Below, in pieces: positions 49,947 through 63,452 of a DNA stretch of 64,000 nt (within the stretch, counting starts at the first letter, position 1; the number at the start of each line of letters is the position of its first letter). The translations under genes were made by a program, and so were the position numbers. The notes under the pieces are model-generated. The model worked only from the letters and a program-made list of their open reading frames with translations. It searched no databases and was not told the origin of the DNA. Origin of the DNA: Podarcis gaigeae (Eukaryota). The stretch lies in NCBI GenBank assembly GCA_964106915.2, contig OZ066926.1. One strand, given 5' to 3'.

Positions 49947-50587
49947 AGTGGGTGGCTGAATTTGCCCAGACAATGAGTTTCTTTCCCCTTTCTCCTGCAC
50001 TGTTGTGTTCTGGGATGTAGAAAATTGCTCTTGGCTCAGGGAGCCTGAAGGCTTGTAAATCACCCCCCTTTCATTAGACACTTTCATTTGGTAAGCAATA
50101 AAGTGCTGAGGAACAGAAAATGCTAGATAAATGAAGCTGCTAATTTACTGGGTGTCTTTTAAAGCAGAGGGGAAAACAATAAAGTTAGGTTTGTGTAAGC
50201 ATTTGTTTGTGGCTCAGCCTCCTGTCCTGCTTCTATCCTTAAAGCTCAGCTTTCGCTCCCTCCCTCCCCTCCCTCCCTCCAAATGATCCTCTCAGAAGAC
50301 ATGGCTCCAGGCATCTATTTGCCTTCAAGACAAAAGTATCCAGGGTCCCTAACATCTTGTCCATTTCTCTCATGTAACTTCATGGATGAGTGGGGATTTG
50401 AATGCAGGCCTCTCTGGTCCAAGCCCTAAGAACATTCAGCATATTACAGGACAACAAACCCGGGTTTACCACTAGGGGCTTAACTTTACATTATGTGCAA
50501 ATGTGCACCAGAGCTTAAATTCCCTTTTGTTAAAAGAAGAAAAACGGTTTGAGGAGGGTGTAACTGAGAGTCAAGAAGTGGTATTGC

Positions 50588-50943
50588 GGGACGCAGGTGG
50601 CGCTCTGGGGGATGCGGGTGGCGCTTGTGGGTTAAACCACAGAACCTAGGACTTGCCGATCAGAAGGTCGGTGGTTCGAATCCCCACAACAGGGTGAGCT
50701 CCCGTTGCTCGGTCTCTGCTCCTGCCAACCTAGCAGTTTGAAAGCACGTCAAAGTGCAAGTAGATAAATAGGTACCGCTCTGGCAGGAAGGTAAACGGCG
50801 TTTCCGTGCACTGCTCTGGTTCACCAGAAGCGGCTTAGTCATGCTGGTCACATGACCCGGAAGCTGTAGGCCGGCTCCCTCGCAACCCCATAGTCGGCCA
50901 CAACTGGACCTAATGGTCAGGGGTCCCTTTACCCTTCACCTTT
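50588..50943 (+). mobile_element. Sauria SINE with duplicated 5' head
   Basis: Two tandem GGGA(C/T)GC(A/G)GGTGGCGCT heads; TSD AAGTGGTAT. Confidence 0.88.
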
Positions 50944-51434
50944 AAGTGGTATCTAGGGAGAGGGAAGGGGAACATTCCCCTTTCCCCACTCCAGATCTCC
51001 TCTCATGCAGCTCTCTCTCTCTCCATCCCCCTTCCTGGATTTCAAGGGCGTGTTTGCCTAATAGTAAAACAAAGGCAAACATAAGTGAGAACTGTACCTT
51101 TTAAACTGGCTTAACTGTCCTGATTTCCCCCCAGGAACTCTAGGTACTATAGTTCCATGAAGTGGTTTAGGGATTCCAAAGAGCAATTTCCCTTCATGGT
51201 CCCAAAAGTACAACCCTCAAGTTCATGGACAGAAGCCAAGGCAGTTAAACGCATCTCATACCAGTTCAAGCATGACATGTAGTCATGGTCTTAGTGAATT
51301 TTCATGTGATTTTCATGTGGGTTTTCTGTGCAGCGCTGTGACAGTAACATGTGCTGACAAATTATGAAAGTTTTCCCATTGGAAAGTCTGAGAAGGCCGT
51401 GATGGCATACACACCATACATTTAAAGCACCCCT

Positions 51435-51930
51435 AAAAAGTGGAAAACTCAAGAATTACCAACAATAGAAGAATGGCAGATGAAGATGATGGATTTTTCA
51501 GACCTAGCCGACCTAACCAGAAGAGTCCGCGACCAGAAGGAGGAGTAGTATCAGGAAGAGTGGAATAAATTTAATGATTATTTAGTTAAATTTGTTAAGT
51601 TAAACTAACTGAAAACAGCTTGCAGATACTTAATGGGCTAAGGATTTTATTTATGTTAAGTGATGAATTAATATGTTTAATTCCATAAGGTGAAGATCTA
51701 AGGATGTTAATGTTTAAGTTAAATTTCATAAAAATTGGGATTTGGAAAACCGTTAAAAGGACATGCAATGAAATTCAACCAAGGGGAAGCGAGGAAGTCA
51801 CTTAACAAAGTTAATAACTGTAATTTTCAATAAGGCTATGATTTATGTTTGTATGTTTTGTGTGTTTGTTTGTTTGTTTGTTTATAATATTGTGAAAACT
51901 AATATTATTATTTTTTGAAAATAATAATAA
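51435..51930 (+). mobile_element. L1-clade LINE 3' fragment nested in a palindromic MITE
   Basis: KWKTQELPTIEEWQMKMM...EEWNKFNDYL; TSD TAAAGCACCCCT. Confidence 0.75.
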
Positions 51931-53323
51931 TAAAGCACCCCTGAAAGAATCCTGGGAGCTGTAGCTTGTTAAGGGTGCAAGGAATTATAGCCTCTGTGAG
52001 GGGTAAACTAGAGTTCCCAGGATTCTTTTGCAGGGCGGAGATGCTCTTAAATGTGCTTTAAATATATGGTTTGCATGCAGCACATATTTTAAAGGCCCCA
52101 TCTGCACTATACCTTTAAAGTGGTTTTCTACTACTACTTTAAATGGTCATAGCTCTTCCCAAAGAACTCTGGGAACCCAAGTTTGCCCATCACAGAGCTA
52201 TAATTCCCAGCACCTTTAACAAACTACAGTTCCTAAGATTATTTGGGGAGGTATGCTTTAAATTTATAGTGTGCATGGAGCTAGCTGCACCTCCAAAAAT
52301 CCTGTTTTGAGTAGCCAACCAGTTATTGCCGGAAAGCCCACAAACCAGTCGCATGATGGCAAGGGTCCCTCTCTCACTGTATCATTTCAGTACCTGGTAG
52401 TCAGAAGGCACAAATTATGTGTCTTCTTACTCCATGGTGCATGAGGAATAGCACCAGGTATCTGTGCGCCACCATTTTGTGTGAGTGAAACACGGTGGCA
52501 ACTGGGGTCTGCATGCATGCAATTATTTGTTTATTTACTTATAAAATTTATACACCGCTTGGCTGTAATAAAAAAAAAAACCCCAAAGCTGTTTACGACA
52601 AAGTAAAACAATAAAACCAATAATAATTCACAGCCAATATACAAAAGTTGAAAATGCTAAAACAGATTAAAATTACCTCAACTTTCTAAGCATCTGAGCA
52701 GACTTGTCTGAACAAGGATGTTTTTAGTAGGTGCCGAAAAGAGATAGCAAAGCCACGTGCTTGATCTCAATAGGCAGGGAATTCCAAAGTTCTGCCACAC
52801 TAAAAAATCAAATTCTCACTGCAGCTTTAATGGCTGACACAGTGAAATTATTACTGTAAGCCCACAACTCACACAGGGGTTACATTCTCGGGATGGCGAC
52901 TAAAGGCAAAATCACATCTAGTCAAAACCCACTGGGTTCAATGGTAGGCAGGATTGCCAAAGTCGTTTCCCCCAGAACCCCTTTTAGGTTTTTTAAAATT
53001 ATATTTGCCACATACGTAAAGCTAAAGGTGCACAAGTTAAATGTGTGTAAGTTGCAGGCTTACTGTATTATTTTTTAATTGACCACACTGCGTATGATTC
53101 CAAGACCGTTTCAGCATGTGTGGAAACTGCTGCCATTTTGCACTGGATTATTTATTCATCCTGTTTGCATTCTACCTCCAACAAACTCAGGGCAGAGTAT
53201 TTTTCAGCATCCCATATTTTTCCTTTACAAAATCCTAGGAGGGTGCTTAGGCTGGAAGGTAGTAACTGGATCAAAACCATCCAATATGATTATCAGAGTT
53301 GAGGAAGGCTTTGAACCCATGTT

Positions 53324-53392
53324 GAAGAGTGCCTGGCGTGCTCTGGTCCATGGGGTCACGAAGAGTCGGACACGACTAAACAACAACAACAA
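53324..53392 (+). mobile_element. Bov-B (RTE) LINE extreme 3' fragment
   Basis: GCCTGGCGTGCTCTGGTCCATGGGGTCACGAAGAGTCGGACACGACT plus (CAA)n; 12-bp TSD TGAACCCATGTT. Confidence 0.85.
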
Positions 53393-54430
53393 TGAACCCA
53401 TGTTTAAGGCTGTTCACCTTGTGGTTAGTGCACCCACTAACGCCCCCTTCTGACACCAATTGGCCACACCCCTCATTGGTCAGAATTGTGGAGGCCTGTC
53501 TGTACACAGGCCTCTTTTCAGACCAAAGCTGAATGAATGGCTGTCAGGCAGATGTGGCCTCAGTGTCATCCAGTGCGGTGATTGTGGCTTGCAGCAGGTC
53601 CAATCCCCTGCCCCATATGTTTGTTGAAGGTGGGTCATTTGAATATTTCTTCTCTCTGATCCGAATGGGAATCTCTCTGGGATGCATGAGGCAACGTGTT
53701 TGGATGACTTTGAGAAAATGGTTCTGTGTGACATAAAATACAGTTCATGACACCATGGGAATGGAGTCTAGTCTGCCGTTGAGATGGAGCAGGGACTTTT
53801 CAGTGGCGGCCTCTAAGCTCTGGGATTCCCTCCTACCCATTCTGCGGTCCTTGTTCTCACATTCTGCCACCTCTTCCTTCCAGAGGACAGGGAAAAAATA
53901 TATTTCATTCTGCCTTTCCTGTTTGGTTGTTTATTTGATAATTATGGGATTCTGCCACCACTGTTTCAGCAGCTGTTTCCCTTTATTCAGTGTTTTAATT
54001 TTATTGTTGTTTACGTAACAATTAATTGTTTTCCCATTAATATTGTTTTAAATCTTTTTATCACTGTTGGACACTGCTTGGTGGTCGAAAAGCAGCATGC
54101 AGCTACTGTAAATAAATACAGCAACACTTCCTATCTAGGTGTAAGACATTTTCTGCAAGCATGAAATATTGTGCATGATCTGTTATGTTTGTGTGTGTAT
54201 GTTTGTGTGTGAGAGACTCTGTTTATGCCTGTGTGTGTGAGAGAGAAGGAGATTCTCCTTATGCTTATGTGTTTGTGGAATATGACACTGAATCTGGCAG
54301 ATGCTCAGCGGCATAGCACTACTTGTGTGCAAAATATCCTCTCCCCTTTTGCAGCCCTCTCTGCCTCACTGCCCTGAACCCCTTTTTTAATCACTCCATC
54401 CTTTCACCTTCTTGCTCCTGCACTCCCTAC

Positions 54431-54461
<31 letters not shown>

Positions 54462-55244
54462 ACCCAAGAGCAGGTCTCCATGGTGATAACACCCCCCCAT
54501 CCATTCCTGCATCCTCCTCCCTTCAGTCTAAGTGACATGCCCATTGTCCAATCCACAACCCGGGCTGCATGGGAGGGCTTTGATCTCCATCAATTTCTCT
54601 GCTACCCGAAGAGCAAGGTTTCTGAAGGGGGGGGAACACCCAGCCTCCTTCCCCCCTTTTTCTCTTCCCCCCTTTTTTCCCCTCTTTCCTTCCTTCCTCC
54701 TTTCAACTGGGATTTTAGGTTTTTCTCCTTCACCTCTTCCCCACCCCCCCTCTTCCCCACACATCTGCTTCCTCCTGTTCCCTCCCCCTCCCCATGTGAG
54801 ATCACCTATTGTTACAATGGCTTTCTTGGCCCCCCCTCCATCCTTGCCGCCACTTCTCTTCAGCCACCTTTGACTATCCTCTGCCCTCCCCTCCCTCTAT
54901 ATTTATTCCATTTCCCATCTCCTCCCCTTCCTCAGCAACGAGAGAAGATGATGCCTGGGGATGAGATCCAGGTAGCAGCCAGCCAAGCGGTCGCACATCC
55001 TCCGAAGGATGCAGGCGACACAACGATCTGTTGGGTACCATTGTTCTTGCCGTCTTCGGCTCTGCTCCATCCCTTCTGATGACTGATGCCCACCGTGTCT
55101 CTGCTTTTCTGTGCATTGCTGGCTGGCGGATCTTTCCCTCCCTCTCTCTCTCCCCCTCTCTCTCCACTCCCCACCCCCACCCCGCACCTACGTCTTGAGA
55201 CCTCTCCCCGCCTTCCTGATCCATGATCCCAGACTCCCCCTAAG

Positions 55245-55332
55245 ATGCTAAGACAAGGCCCCTTCCTTCTCCTGGCTGCGTCCATGTCGTATTTCAACCC
55301 AGAGAAAGCTTTGGCAGCGCCTTCGGAAAACG
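55245..55332 (+). CDS. LMTK3: LMTK3 coding exon 1 (signal-peptide-like)
   Basis: MLRQGPFLLLAASMSYFNPEKALAAPSEN; donor G|GTGAGT, phase 1, matching exon 2. Confidence 0.75.
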
Positions 55333-55861
55333 GTGAGTCTTCTTGGCAGGTTGCGAGGGCTCCCATTCATCTGTGACAGTGGCCACCCCTCCTTGCCTTT
55401 GCCTCCCTTGCCTCCACCATCTGTGGCCACCTGTTTGTGTGATGGGTTACCTGCCCAAATGAGACAACCATCCCACTTTCATGTGTGCAAAGCTGGGCAC
55501 GGCGGCAGGGCTTGCGGGATTTCTCGCTTCCCAAACAAGAGGCTGGCGGTGTTTTCTGGGTTAATAAATTCCATTCCGGAGAGAAGGCTGGGATTCCTGT
55601 ACAGACCAAATTAATCATTGCTGGTTTTCCTCAGATGCCTATGCCGGCGGTTCTTTGCTGGTTGACTGGATTCCCCCAACCCCTTCTTCCTTTCCGACCC
55701 TGGCGAGGGAAATTGAGTAGACCTGGAGGGGCTGAAGGAGTGGCAAACAAGAATAGAAGTTATTTGGGGTGTGCGAGAACAAATATGTTTTTGTACATGG
55801 TGGGGCCCATGATCAGAGCACAGCAGCAAAGATCTGGGATTAGTGTGTGAAGAAAACAAGG

Positions 55862-55862
55862 A

Positions 55863-55912
<50 letters not shown>
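55862..55912. repeat. Compound (GT)n(GA)n microsatellite; a similar one lies at 56347-56409
   Basis: Direct read. Confidence 0.9.
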
Positions 55913-55919
<7 letters not shown>

Positions 55920-56345
55920 AGGGGTGGGCGTGAGGTCTGTGGCATCTTGAATATATAGCATGAAGCCACATTTGGTCTGGCAGCCATCTGGAGAGAGCGG
56001 CGTGACTCACTATGGATGTGCCCTTGGCACAAGGGTCTGGTGGTGGTAGAGTTTTGTGGGAATTGGCATGTGCTGTGGGACTGCTGAAGTGCTGGGAGGG
56101 CCGGCATGCCTGAGATAGAGAAGGTACTTGGGGCCTGAAGGGGGGTTGTGAAGATGAGCTGAAAGAGAGAGGAAGGTAGAGGTGTGTGCGTAAGGGACGA
56201 AAAGCTGAAGGGAAGGGTGGGTGGATATGTACTGATGGATCGTACAGGTAAGAGTAAGTGACAGGACCTCATCCACTGCTTACCCTTCTGTAAAATGGGA
56301 GCAATAAAGACTTTCCTCATAATGTTAGCTTGTGGGGTGTTTACA

Positions 56346-56412
<67 letters not shown>

Positions 56413-59000
56413 GGGGTGGGGGAGAGAGGTCACACCCACACCATACATTTAAAGTATATGACTCCTCACAGAGCTACAATTCCCAGCTCCCTTAACAAAC
56501 TACACTTCCCATGATTCCTTGGGGGAAACCATGCTCTTTAAATGTATAGCGTGGCTGCGGCCAGAGATTAGGACAAGGGAACATTGCTTGTGGTTTTACT
56601 GGAAGTCACTGCCTGGCCTGTTGCGTGAAACAGGATGTTTGCATTGGATCAACATTTGGTCCTATCCGATAGGGTTCTTGTTTTCTGCGAGACAGAAATA
56701 ATCACAAAGATTAGTTCCTCGCAGTGAATTCTGAAACACTGTTGGATCAAAAGGCCTGTCAAACAGGCCAGGAGTTTTATCTTCCTTATACCCTTAAAGG
56801 ACATTCAAAACACATTCTTTTCATCAAAGAATTCTAAGCTTTGTAGTTTACCCCTCATGAGTTGCAGTTCCCAGAAATCCTTAAGAAACTACACTGCCTC
56901 AAATTCCTTGAGGGGAAGGGGAATGTGCTTTTAATGTGCTTTAAAGCTATAGTGTGTATGCAGCTTTGGACAAATTCAATGTTATTCTTGACAAAGTAGC
57001 TAATGAGTTTTATTTCAGGATCCTGTCACCCCTACTGTTCCAACAGCTGGAAAGTTTTTTCCTGAGTTATAATCAAAGCCCTTTCTCTTGCAAAGTCAGT
57101 GTGTTCCCTCATGTACAACCCTTCCAATATTTCCCTCTCTTTTTCACCTCTCGTTCTATACATGCTCTGGTGCCATACTGCAGGCTGGAATGGTGGGACT
57201 CAGGCTACCATTGGCTTACTTGCCATGATGTCACCCGGAGGGTAGGGTGTCCTGGGTTGAGACCTTGGACCTTTTTGGCCCAGATGCTTTCTTCTGCAGA
57301 CAAGGGCAGATAAATCCATAGGGAAACAATTGATTGTTCTAGTAGCCCATTCAAGGACAGGCTAATCAAGGCCATTTGGGTGATGTCAGAAGAAGCAGTT
57401 TGGTGGGAAGTCCCATGACTTCATGATGGGCTCGGGACAGAGGATGTGACATTTCCCTTTGCTTCATCAAGAAAAAGTCTATGGGCTCACCACAGACTGT
57501 TTGCCAGGCTTCTCTTAATGTAGGGATTCATATATTTTTCCTGGAAAATCCAGCTGGATTTCCATTTCTGGTATAACTTTTTCCATGTAACCACCCCCAA
57601 GCCTTTAGAAAAGAGACACCTCCAACTAGAGGATTAAACTGGTTTAACGGTCAATTCCCATTCCTACAAAACCCTGGGAATTGTAATTATTTTGGAGGAA
57701 GGGGCTAGACACCTCAGCATCTTCACCAAACTACAGTTTCCAGAATTCTTTTTTTTGGGGGGGTGGGGGGGAGTAATGGCAGTTAGAGAGGTATAAAACA
57801 GTTTATATAGCCATGGCAGTATATTGACTGTTTTAGTTTTTTTCGGTTTTAGATCTGAAAAATACATCTGCACAGTTTAGAGTTCTGCTTCTGAGGCACC
57901 AAATGGACAGGTGGTTGGCAGTGAATGGAAAGTGGGATGGATAAAGTAATTGACAGGGAGTTGGTAAAAAGATTCCATTGGGGAAGACCCGGCCTCAGCA
58001 CCCAGCATGTCAGGGCAAATGTCAGGACCCTCCTGGATGGGTGCCACCATCCTTTCATATAAATTTTGCCTAAGCATTTTGATAGGGGAGCAACTGCTGC
58101 CACAGCCATCTTTATCACCTAGAATGTCTCTAGGCCTCAAATCCATGGAGCCCAAAGGCATTCTGAGGGGAGGGAAAGATGGTGGCAGCTATAGCTGCTT
58201 TCCTCAGCTGCTGGTAACCTTCTGCGGTGTCCAAGTGAGGTTGTGGGGAGTGAGAATTGGTAGGGATGGGTGGCGGTGCTGAGCCCAACACGCAGCAGAG
58301 CAAGTGGCAAGGCACTGGTGTCTTCATTTGTCTGGAAAGACCAACCAGCATGGCAGTGTGGAGGACTGGAGGAAAAGCTTGCTGAGGACCCATTCACACT
58401 GGGCGCTGTAGGGCTAGATGTCAGGAGGTCTGCATGTGGGGAAAAGAGGAGACTGGAGTCACGTGGCTGGGAGGGTAAGTAGTACTGTAGTTTGTTAAGA
58501 GGATGAGGAGTGGAGGAATGTTTATGATCATGAATGGAAGGAACGGTTTCTGCCCTGGTCTAGGGAAGTGTGTAGCCAGATTTGTGGTGGAACCGGATTA
58601 AACATGAAATAACAGATGACTGGAGAATGGTGCCGTAGGTCCTGAACAGATGTGTAAGGGCTGAAACCACAGAGAATTTGTTTACATTTGGGGGGTTGAA
58701 AAAACACACACACACACCTGACATCTGTCCTCCATTCTCTCTCATTGACTGCATCTCAGTCCCAAGATGTAGAATTCTGGAAGAAAATTTGAATGCTTGC
58801 TTATTTACTCTCACTCACGGTCCTAGCGTTAGGCAGAGTGAGGCGGCTGCCTCAGGTGGTGGATGGTGGAAGACAGGCAATGGCAGCGAGGTGTTGGACA
58901 AAGCTGTGTGTTCCCTAGGGGTTTCTCTCCACCTCCTAAGCACGTACGCTGCCCTCAGGCAAGGTGGAGGAGGCTAGCCTGTCACCTGTCTTCAGCTCTC

Positions 59001-59182
59001 AGGCTGCATATGCACCATGTCTTTAAAGCACATTGAAAGTACATTGATTCCCCCAAAGAACCCTGTGAATTGTAGTTTACCCCTCACAGAACTATACTTC
59101 CCAGCACCCTTAACATACTGCAGCGCCCAGGATTCTGCGTGGGGAAGCTAGATGCTTTCAATGTGTGATGTGTGTACAACCT
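59001..59182. mobile_element. Palindromic MITE-like repeat; related copies at ~21400, ~51405-52075, ~52095-52285, ~56430, ~56790 and ~62030
   Basis: Shared CACC(A/G)T..TTTAAAGCAC / AACTACAGTTCCCAG motifs and imperfect inverted termini. Confidence 0.6.
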
Positions 59183-59394
59183 AGTCTCATTTCTGCTTTA
59201 CAAGTAATAGGAGGGTGCCATCTTGTATTTTGCCTCAGGCAGCGAAAAAAGTTTGGGTCAGCCCAGCTGCTTTGGCTGATTCTTATAAATGCCATATTAT
59301 GGATTGTGGACAAACCTAGCTTTTGACATTTTAAAATGTGCTTTAGAGAAAGACCTTGTCCCCTTTCTTCCTCTGCCTCTTGCCTCCCCTGCAG

Positions 59395-59528
59395 ATGGCT
59401 TGTCCCAAGGCCGGGCTCCCCTGGCCCCTCCCTATGCTGTGGTCCTGATCTCCTGCTCAGGCTTGCTGGCCTTTATCTTCCTCCTCCTCACCTGCCTGTG
59501 CTGCAAACGGGGCGATGTGGGGTTCAAG
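59395..59528 (+). CDS. LMTK3: LMTK3 exon 2 (transmembrane segment)
   Basis: [44 protein letters not shown], the LMTK3 signature sequence. Confidence 0.95.
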
Positions 59529-60054
59529 GTGAGCCTGGTTGTGGGGATTTGAGGTTGGTCATGGAATGCTTTGGGGAAGGGATGTTGTTGTTATTTGCTG
59601 AAAGGCATTTGTGGCTTGTATTCTGTGAAGCTAAACAGCATCATGGTTTGAAGTGTACAGTTTCCTAAGCAAAACCTATAGCCCTCCCATTAGTCCCTGA
59701 AGGTCAGGGATGATGGGAGGGACACAAGTTCCCCATCCCTCATGTTGGTGAGAAGACCTTGTACCAGCGGTTAACCACATTGGGCATTTCCTGTGGGCCC
59801 CATTACTCTAAAGTGCTCCTCGCCAGCCTGATCTGCTGCCCACTAGCTCACCATTGGGTCCAGCTCCACCCCATAGCAGTTGGCTAGCAACCTCTACCTC
59901 CTTGCTTGGGCACTGAGAAGGGGGCCAGAGGGTCCTTCTTCTCAGATTCTGGCCTTCTTGGTGAGATGGCTAGGCATTGCCTGCGCTAGTGCGGTTTGCT
60001 GTGATAGCTAAAAAGGCTTTTGAAAATCATTCATTTTTTTGAAAAAGTTAATAA

Positions 60055-60187
60055 TCATAGACTTGTACAGTTGGGTCCAAGAGAATTGTCTAGCCCAACT
60101 CTCTGCAATGCATGACTCTTTTGCCCAAAGTGGGGCTCAAACCCACAACCGTGAGATTAAGAGTCTCATGCTCTTATTAACTGAGCC
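60055..60187 (-). mobile_element. tRNA-Lys-derived SINE with CR1 tail
   Basis: Reverse complement of GCTCAG..GAGCATGAGACTCTTAATCTC..GGGTTTGAGCCCCAC plus CR1-like tail. Confidence 0.65.
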
Positions 60188-60699
60188 GCAAGAGTAGAAA
60201 GGAGCGCCAAAGGTCAGTCCTCTGTGTTTAAAAAGTCTTTCGAGCCGCCATGGCAAACCACAGAAGTGACGGCAGAGGCATTCTCCAGGCCACCACATCA
60301 CCAAAATGCTTGTCTCTATAAAGGATGTCTTTGGCCCTTTCTCAGAGCCCAGGTGCTGAGGGAGGTGCCAGCGAAGCTGTTATTGTAGCCGTGAAGAATG
60401 TTTTTAAACAGGATTAAGAGAGACGTCAGGGCGGAAGGGAAGAGGAGGGCGGCAGTGTTGTCCCACAAAGGGGAATATCAGGTGCAGCAGGGGTAACTCT
60501 GATGATGGTGGTGTTGCATTGGCCATGCCAAGGTCCCCATTAAACCTGGCACCAGCCCTGTTGGTGGGTTCTGACGCTTGGGGATGGCAAGGCCATGGGG
60601 AAACACTGAGGTTGCTAATTCAGGCAACAGACTGGGAAATAATGGGGAAACCAGCAGAATATCTTATCATCCTTACACTCCCCTCTGCCCACCTGGCAG

Positions 60700-60850
60700 G
60701 AATTTGAGAACCCTGATGGAGAAGAATATTCTGGAGAATACACACCACCTGCAGAGGAGACGTCCTCCTCTCAGTCTATCCCGGATGTCTACATTCTGCC
60801 TCTCTCAGAGGTCTCTCTCCCATCCTCCAACCAGCAGATGCCCAAAACAG
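60700..60850 (+). CDS. LMTK3: LMTK3 exon 3
   Basis: [50 protein letters not shown]; CAG / GTAAG. Confidence 0.95.
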
Positions 60851-61728
60851 GTAAGATTCATTGGAGAGGGCATGCATGCACCTGCCTGTCTCTTTATTTG
60901 CTGATTTGCTACTGGGTTAGGTTCAAGGTACTTGTGTTTATCCACAAAGTCCTAAACAACTTGGGCTCAAAGTGCCTTGGGGACCACCTGATTCCTCATG
61001 CTCCACCTTGATCACTGGGATCCTCTGATGGGGCCCTTCTGGTGGCTCCCCATGGCCCTAAGGATCAGTTGGCCATCTCTAGGTCCCAGGCCTTTTGTAT
61101 GGCAGACCTTGCCCTGTGGAACTGCCTACAAATGGAGGCTTGGCAGGAACCATCCCTCTCTTCCTTCAGACGTCGTTTGAAAACTTTTTCTTTTACAATA
61201 TTCCCCCCTCCCCTCATAGCCAGCCAGTATTTATTGATATTTATTGCTGTTATTATGGCTCTTCTGATTTTACCTTTATATGTGTACTCCGCCTAGTTCT
61301 ATTTTTATGGAAGTGTGGATTGTAAATTTGTAAAAATAAACAAACAAATCCCACACCAGCTTGGCCCCATATAGATGGGGAGCTTTTGGTCCTTCAGACC
61401 CTGTTGAACAACAACCTCCGCCAACCCTGGCCATTTTCTGTGTTTGCTAGGGCTGATGGAAATTGTAGTTCAGCAACATTTGGAGGGCCAAAGGTTCTCC
61501 ATTCTTGCCCAGAATGATAGGTGGCCTACAAAGGGAGAAGCAGCGCTCATTATATTTGCCAGGAAGGTGATACCATCCTGCCCCATCAGCTGCTGCTGCT
61601 AGCTTATGTTCCAGTAGCTTGTCTATTAACTTTTGAATGTGGGGGGAAACGAAGTTGGGAGGTTCATGCTCAAGTCATTGGGTCATGACATTGACTTCTG
61701 TTACTGCCACGCTCTGTCTCTCTTTCAG

Positions 61729-61805
61729 ATCTAGTTAAACACTTGGGACTCAGCAGACAACACCTCAGTTATTTGCAGGAGATTGGAAATGGCTGGTTTG
61801 GAAAG
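61729..61805 (+). CDS. LMTK3: LMTK3 exon 4 (kinase Gly-rich loop)
   Basis: [25 protein letters not shown]. Confidence 0.95.
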
Positions 61806-62781
61806 GTGAGCAAAAGCTTGTTGTTGGGGATGTGATTTTTGTTGTGGGACCCAAGGTTCTTTCCTGCGGGCTCCAGTTTTATTCTCAGGGAATATGAAGA
61901 GCCACTGTAAGTTTAAAAATAGCAATAATTTGAAATATTATTATGCAGCTAACAACAACAGAGTAACAGGACACTTATGTAATGCAGATGCACAAAATGA
62001 AACAACAGTAAATAAAACAACAACCATGGTTACATCCACGCCATATATTTTAAAGCACATGGCTTCCACCAAAGGATCCTGAGATGTGTAGTTTGTTAAG
62101 GTTGCAGGGAATTGTAGCTCTGTGAGGGGTAAACGACAGTTCTGCAGATTCTTATGTCCTTTAAATGTGCGTTAAATGTTCTCTAACTGTGTAGTGTGGG
62201 TGTGACCAGTCAATTGCACAATACAGGAAAAATAAATAAATCTCAATATTGGGTGGAAAGGATAAAAGAAAACCTACAGCCATCTTACATTTAAATAACC
62301 AGGATCGAGAAGGTCCTCTCTCTCCAGTTGCCACCTGCCTAAATTTAGATTAGAGGGACATAGAGAGAAGCCTTCAAAAATGAACAGAAGGTTCAGTGAG
62401 TAAAAGGCAGTATCCGGACACAAAGCTGGGTAGGGCTTTATAGGTAATTATGAATTACCTTTGAATTGTGCCCAGAAATGAACTGGCAGTCAGAGTGGCC
62501 CTGTAACAACTGGCGAGATGTGTTTTGTTTAGTTGGTTCCAGGCTGCATACATATCCCTGGCTTAAATCGCTGCCAGGTCATTCTTTTTCTGAACTCTGA
62601 AGCTAGTTTGGAAGAGGAAAAAAAATGGATGTGCAATGTTTCATAAGAAATGACAGGATAGATATGGATCATGGCCAATGTCGTGTGGACACCGCTTCCC
62701 TAAACCACTGGTAAGATCACACTGGATGGGAGCGTGTGTTCACAACTCTGGTTAGTAACTGTTTCCCCCCCTGTTCCACAG

Positions 62782-62900
62782 GTAATCCTGGGTGAAATAT
62801 TCTCAGATTTCACCCCTGCACAGGTTGTAGTGAAGGAGCTACGGGTGAGTGCTGGGCCACTGGAGCAGAGGAAATTCCTGTCAGAGGCCCAACCATATCG
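62782..62900 (+). CDS. LMTK3: LMTK3 exon 5 (catalytic Lys, alphaC)
   Basis: [39 protein letters not shown]. Confidence 0.95.
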
Positions 62901-63092
62901 GTAAGAAGCAGGAGAAACTGAAGTGGGAGGAAGAAACAAGGGGCAAAATATCCCCATATAAACAGCTACCTTATTTTGAGGCGGCTGCTGCAAGAGCTAA
63001 AGCTGTCCATGATTCCAGTAAGTGTTATAACTCATGCCAGTCTCCCCAGTAGCCCATCATCATGTAATAGGCGAGACTCCAGTAACACAATT

Positions 63093-63343
63093 GCAGTTGT
63101 ACCTCGGAAGTTGAACAGCTTAATTCCCAAACATTTTGGCTCCCAAACACCGCAAACCCAGAAGTGACTGTTCCGGTTTGCGAACTATTTTTGGAAGCCG
63201 AACGTCTGACGGGGCTTCCGCGGCTTCCGATTGGCTGCAGTAGCTTCCTGAGGCCACTCAGAAGCTGCGCTTTGGTTTCCGAATGTTTTGGAAGTTGAAT
63301 GGACTTCCGGGACGGATTCCGTTCAACTTCCAAGGTACGACTG
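63093..63343. mobile_element. Tc1/mariner (Tigger-like) MITE
   Basis: CAGTTGTACCTCGGAAGTTGAAC...GTTCAACTTCCAAGGTACGACTG; same family as 28222. Confidence 0.75.
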
Positions 63344-63452
63344 TACTCCCTGCTCTAAATAAAAAAGCCTGGCGGAACATAAGAAAAGGGAGGAGCATAG
63401 GAAAGAAGGAATCTTTTTAAAATGGATTTATACTCAACCCAGTCGAGCTTTG

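Noticed and set aside
54480-55079. 199-aa Pro/Phe-rich ORF upstream of LMTK3
   Set aside because: Product of a C/T-rich tract; non-ATG start, and it stops before LMTK3 exon 1.
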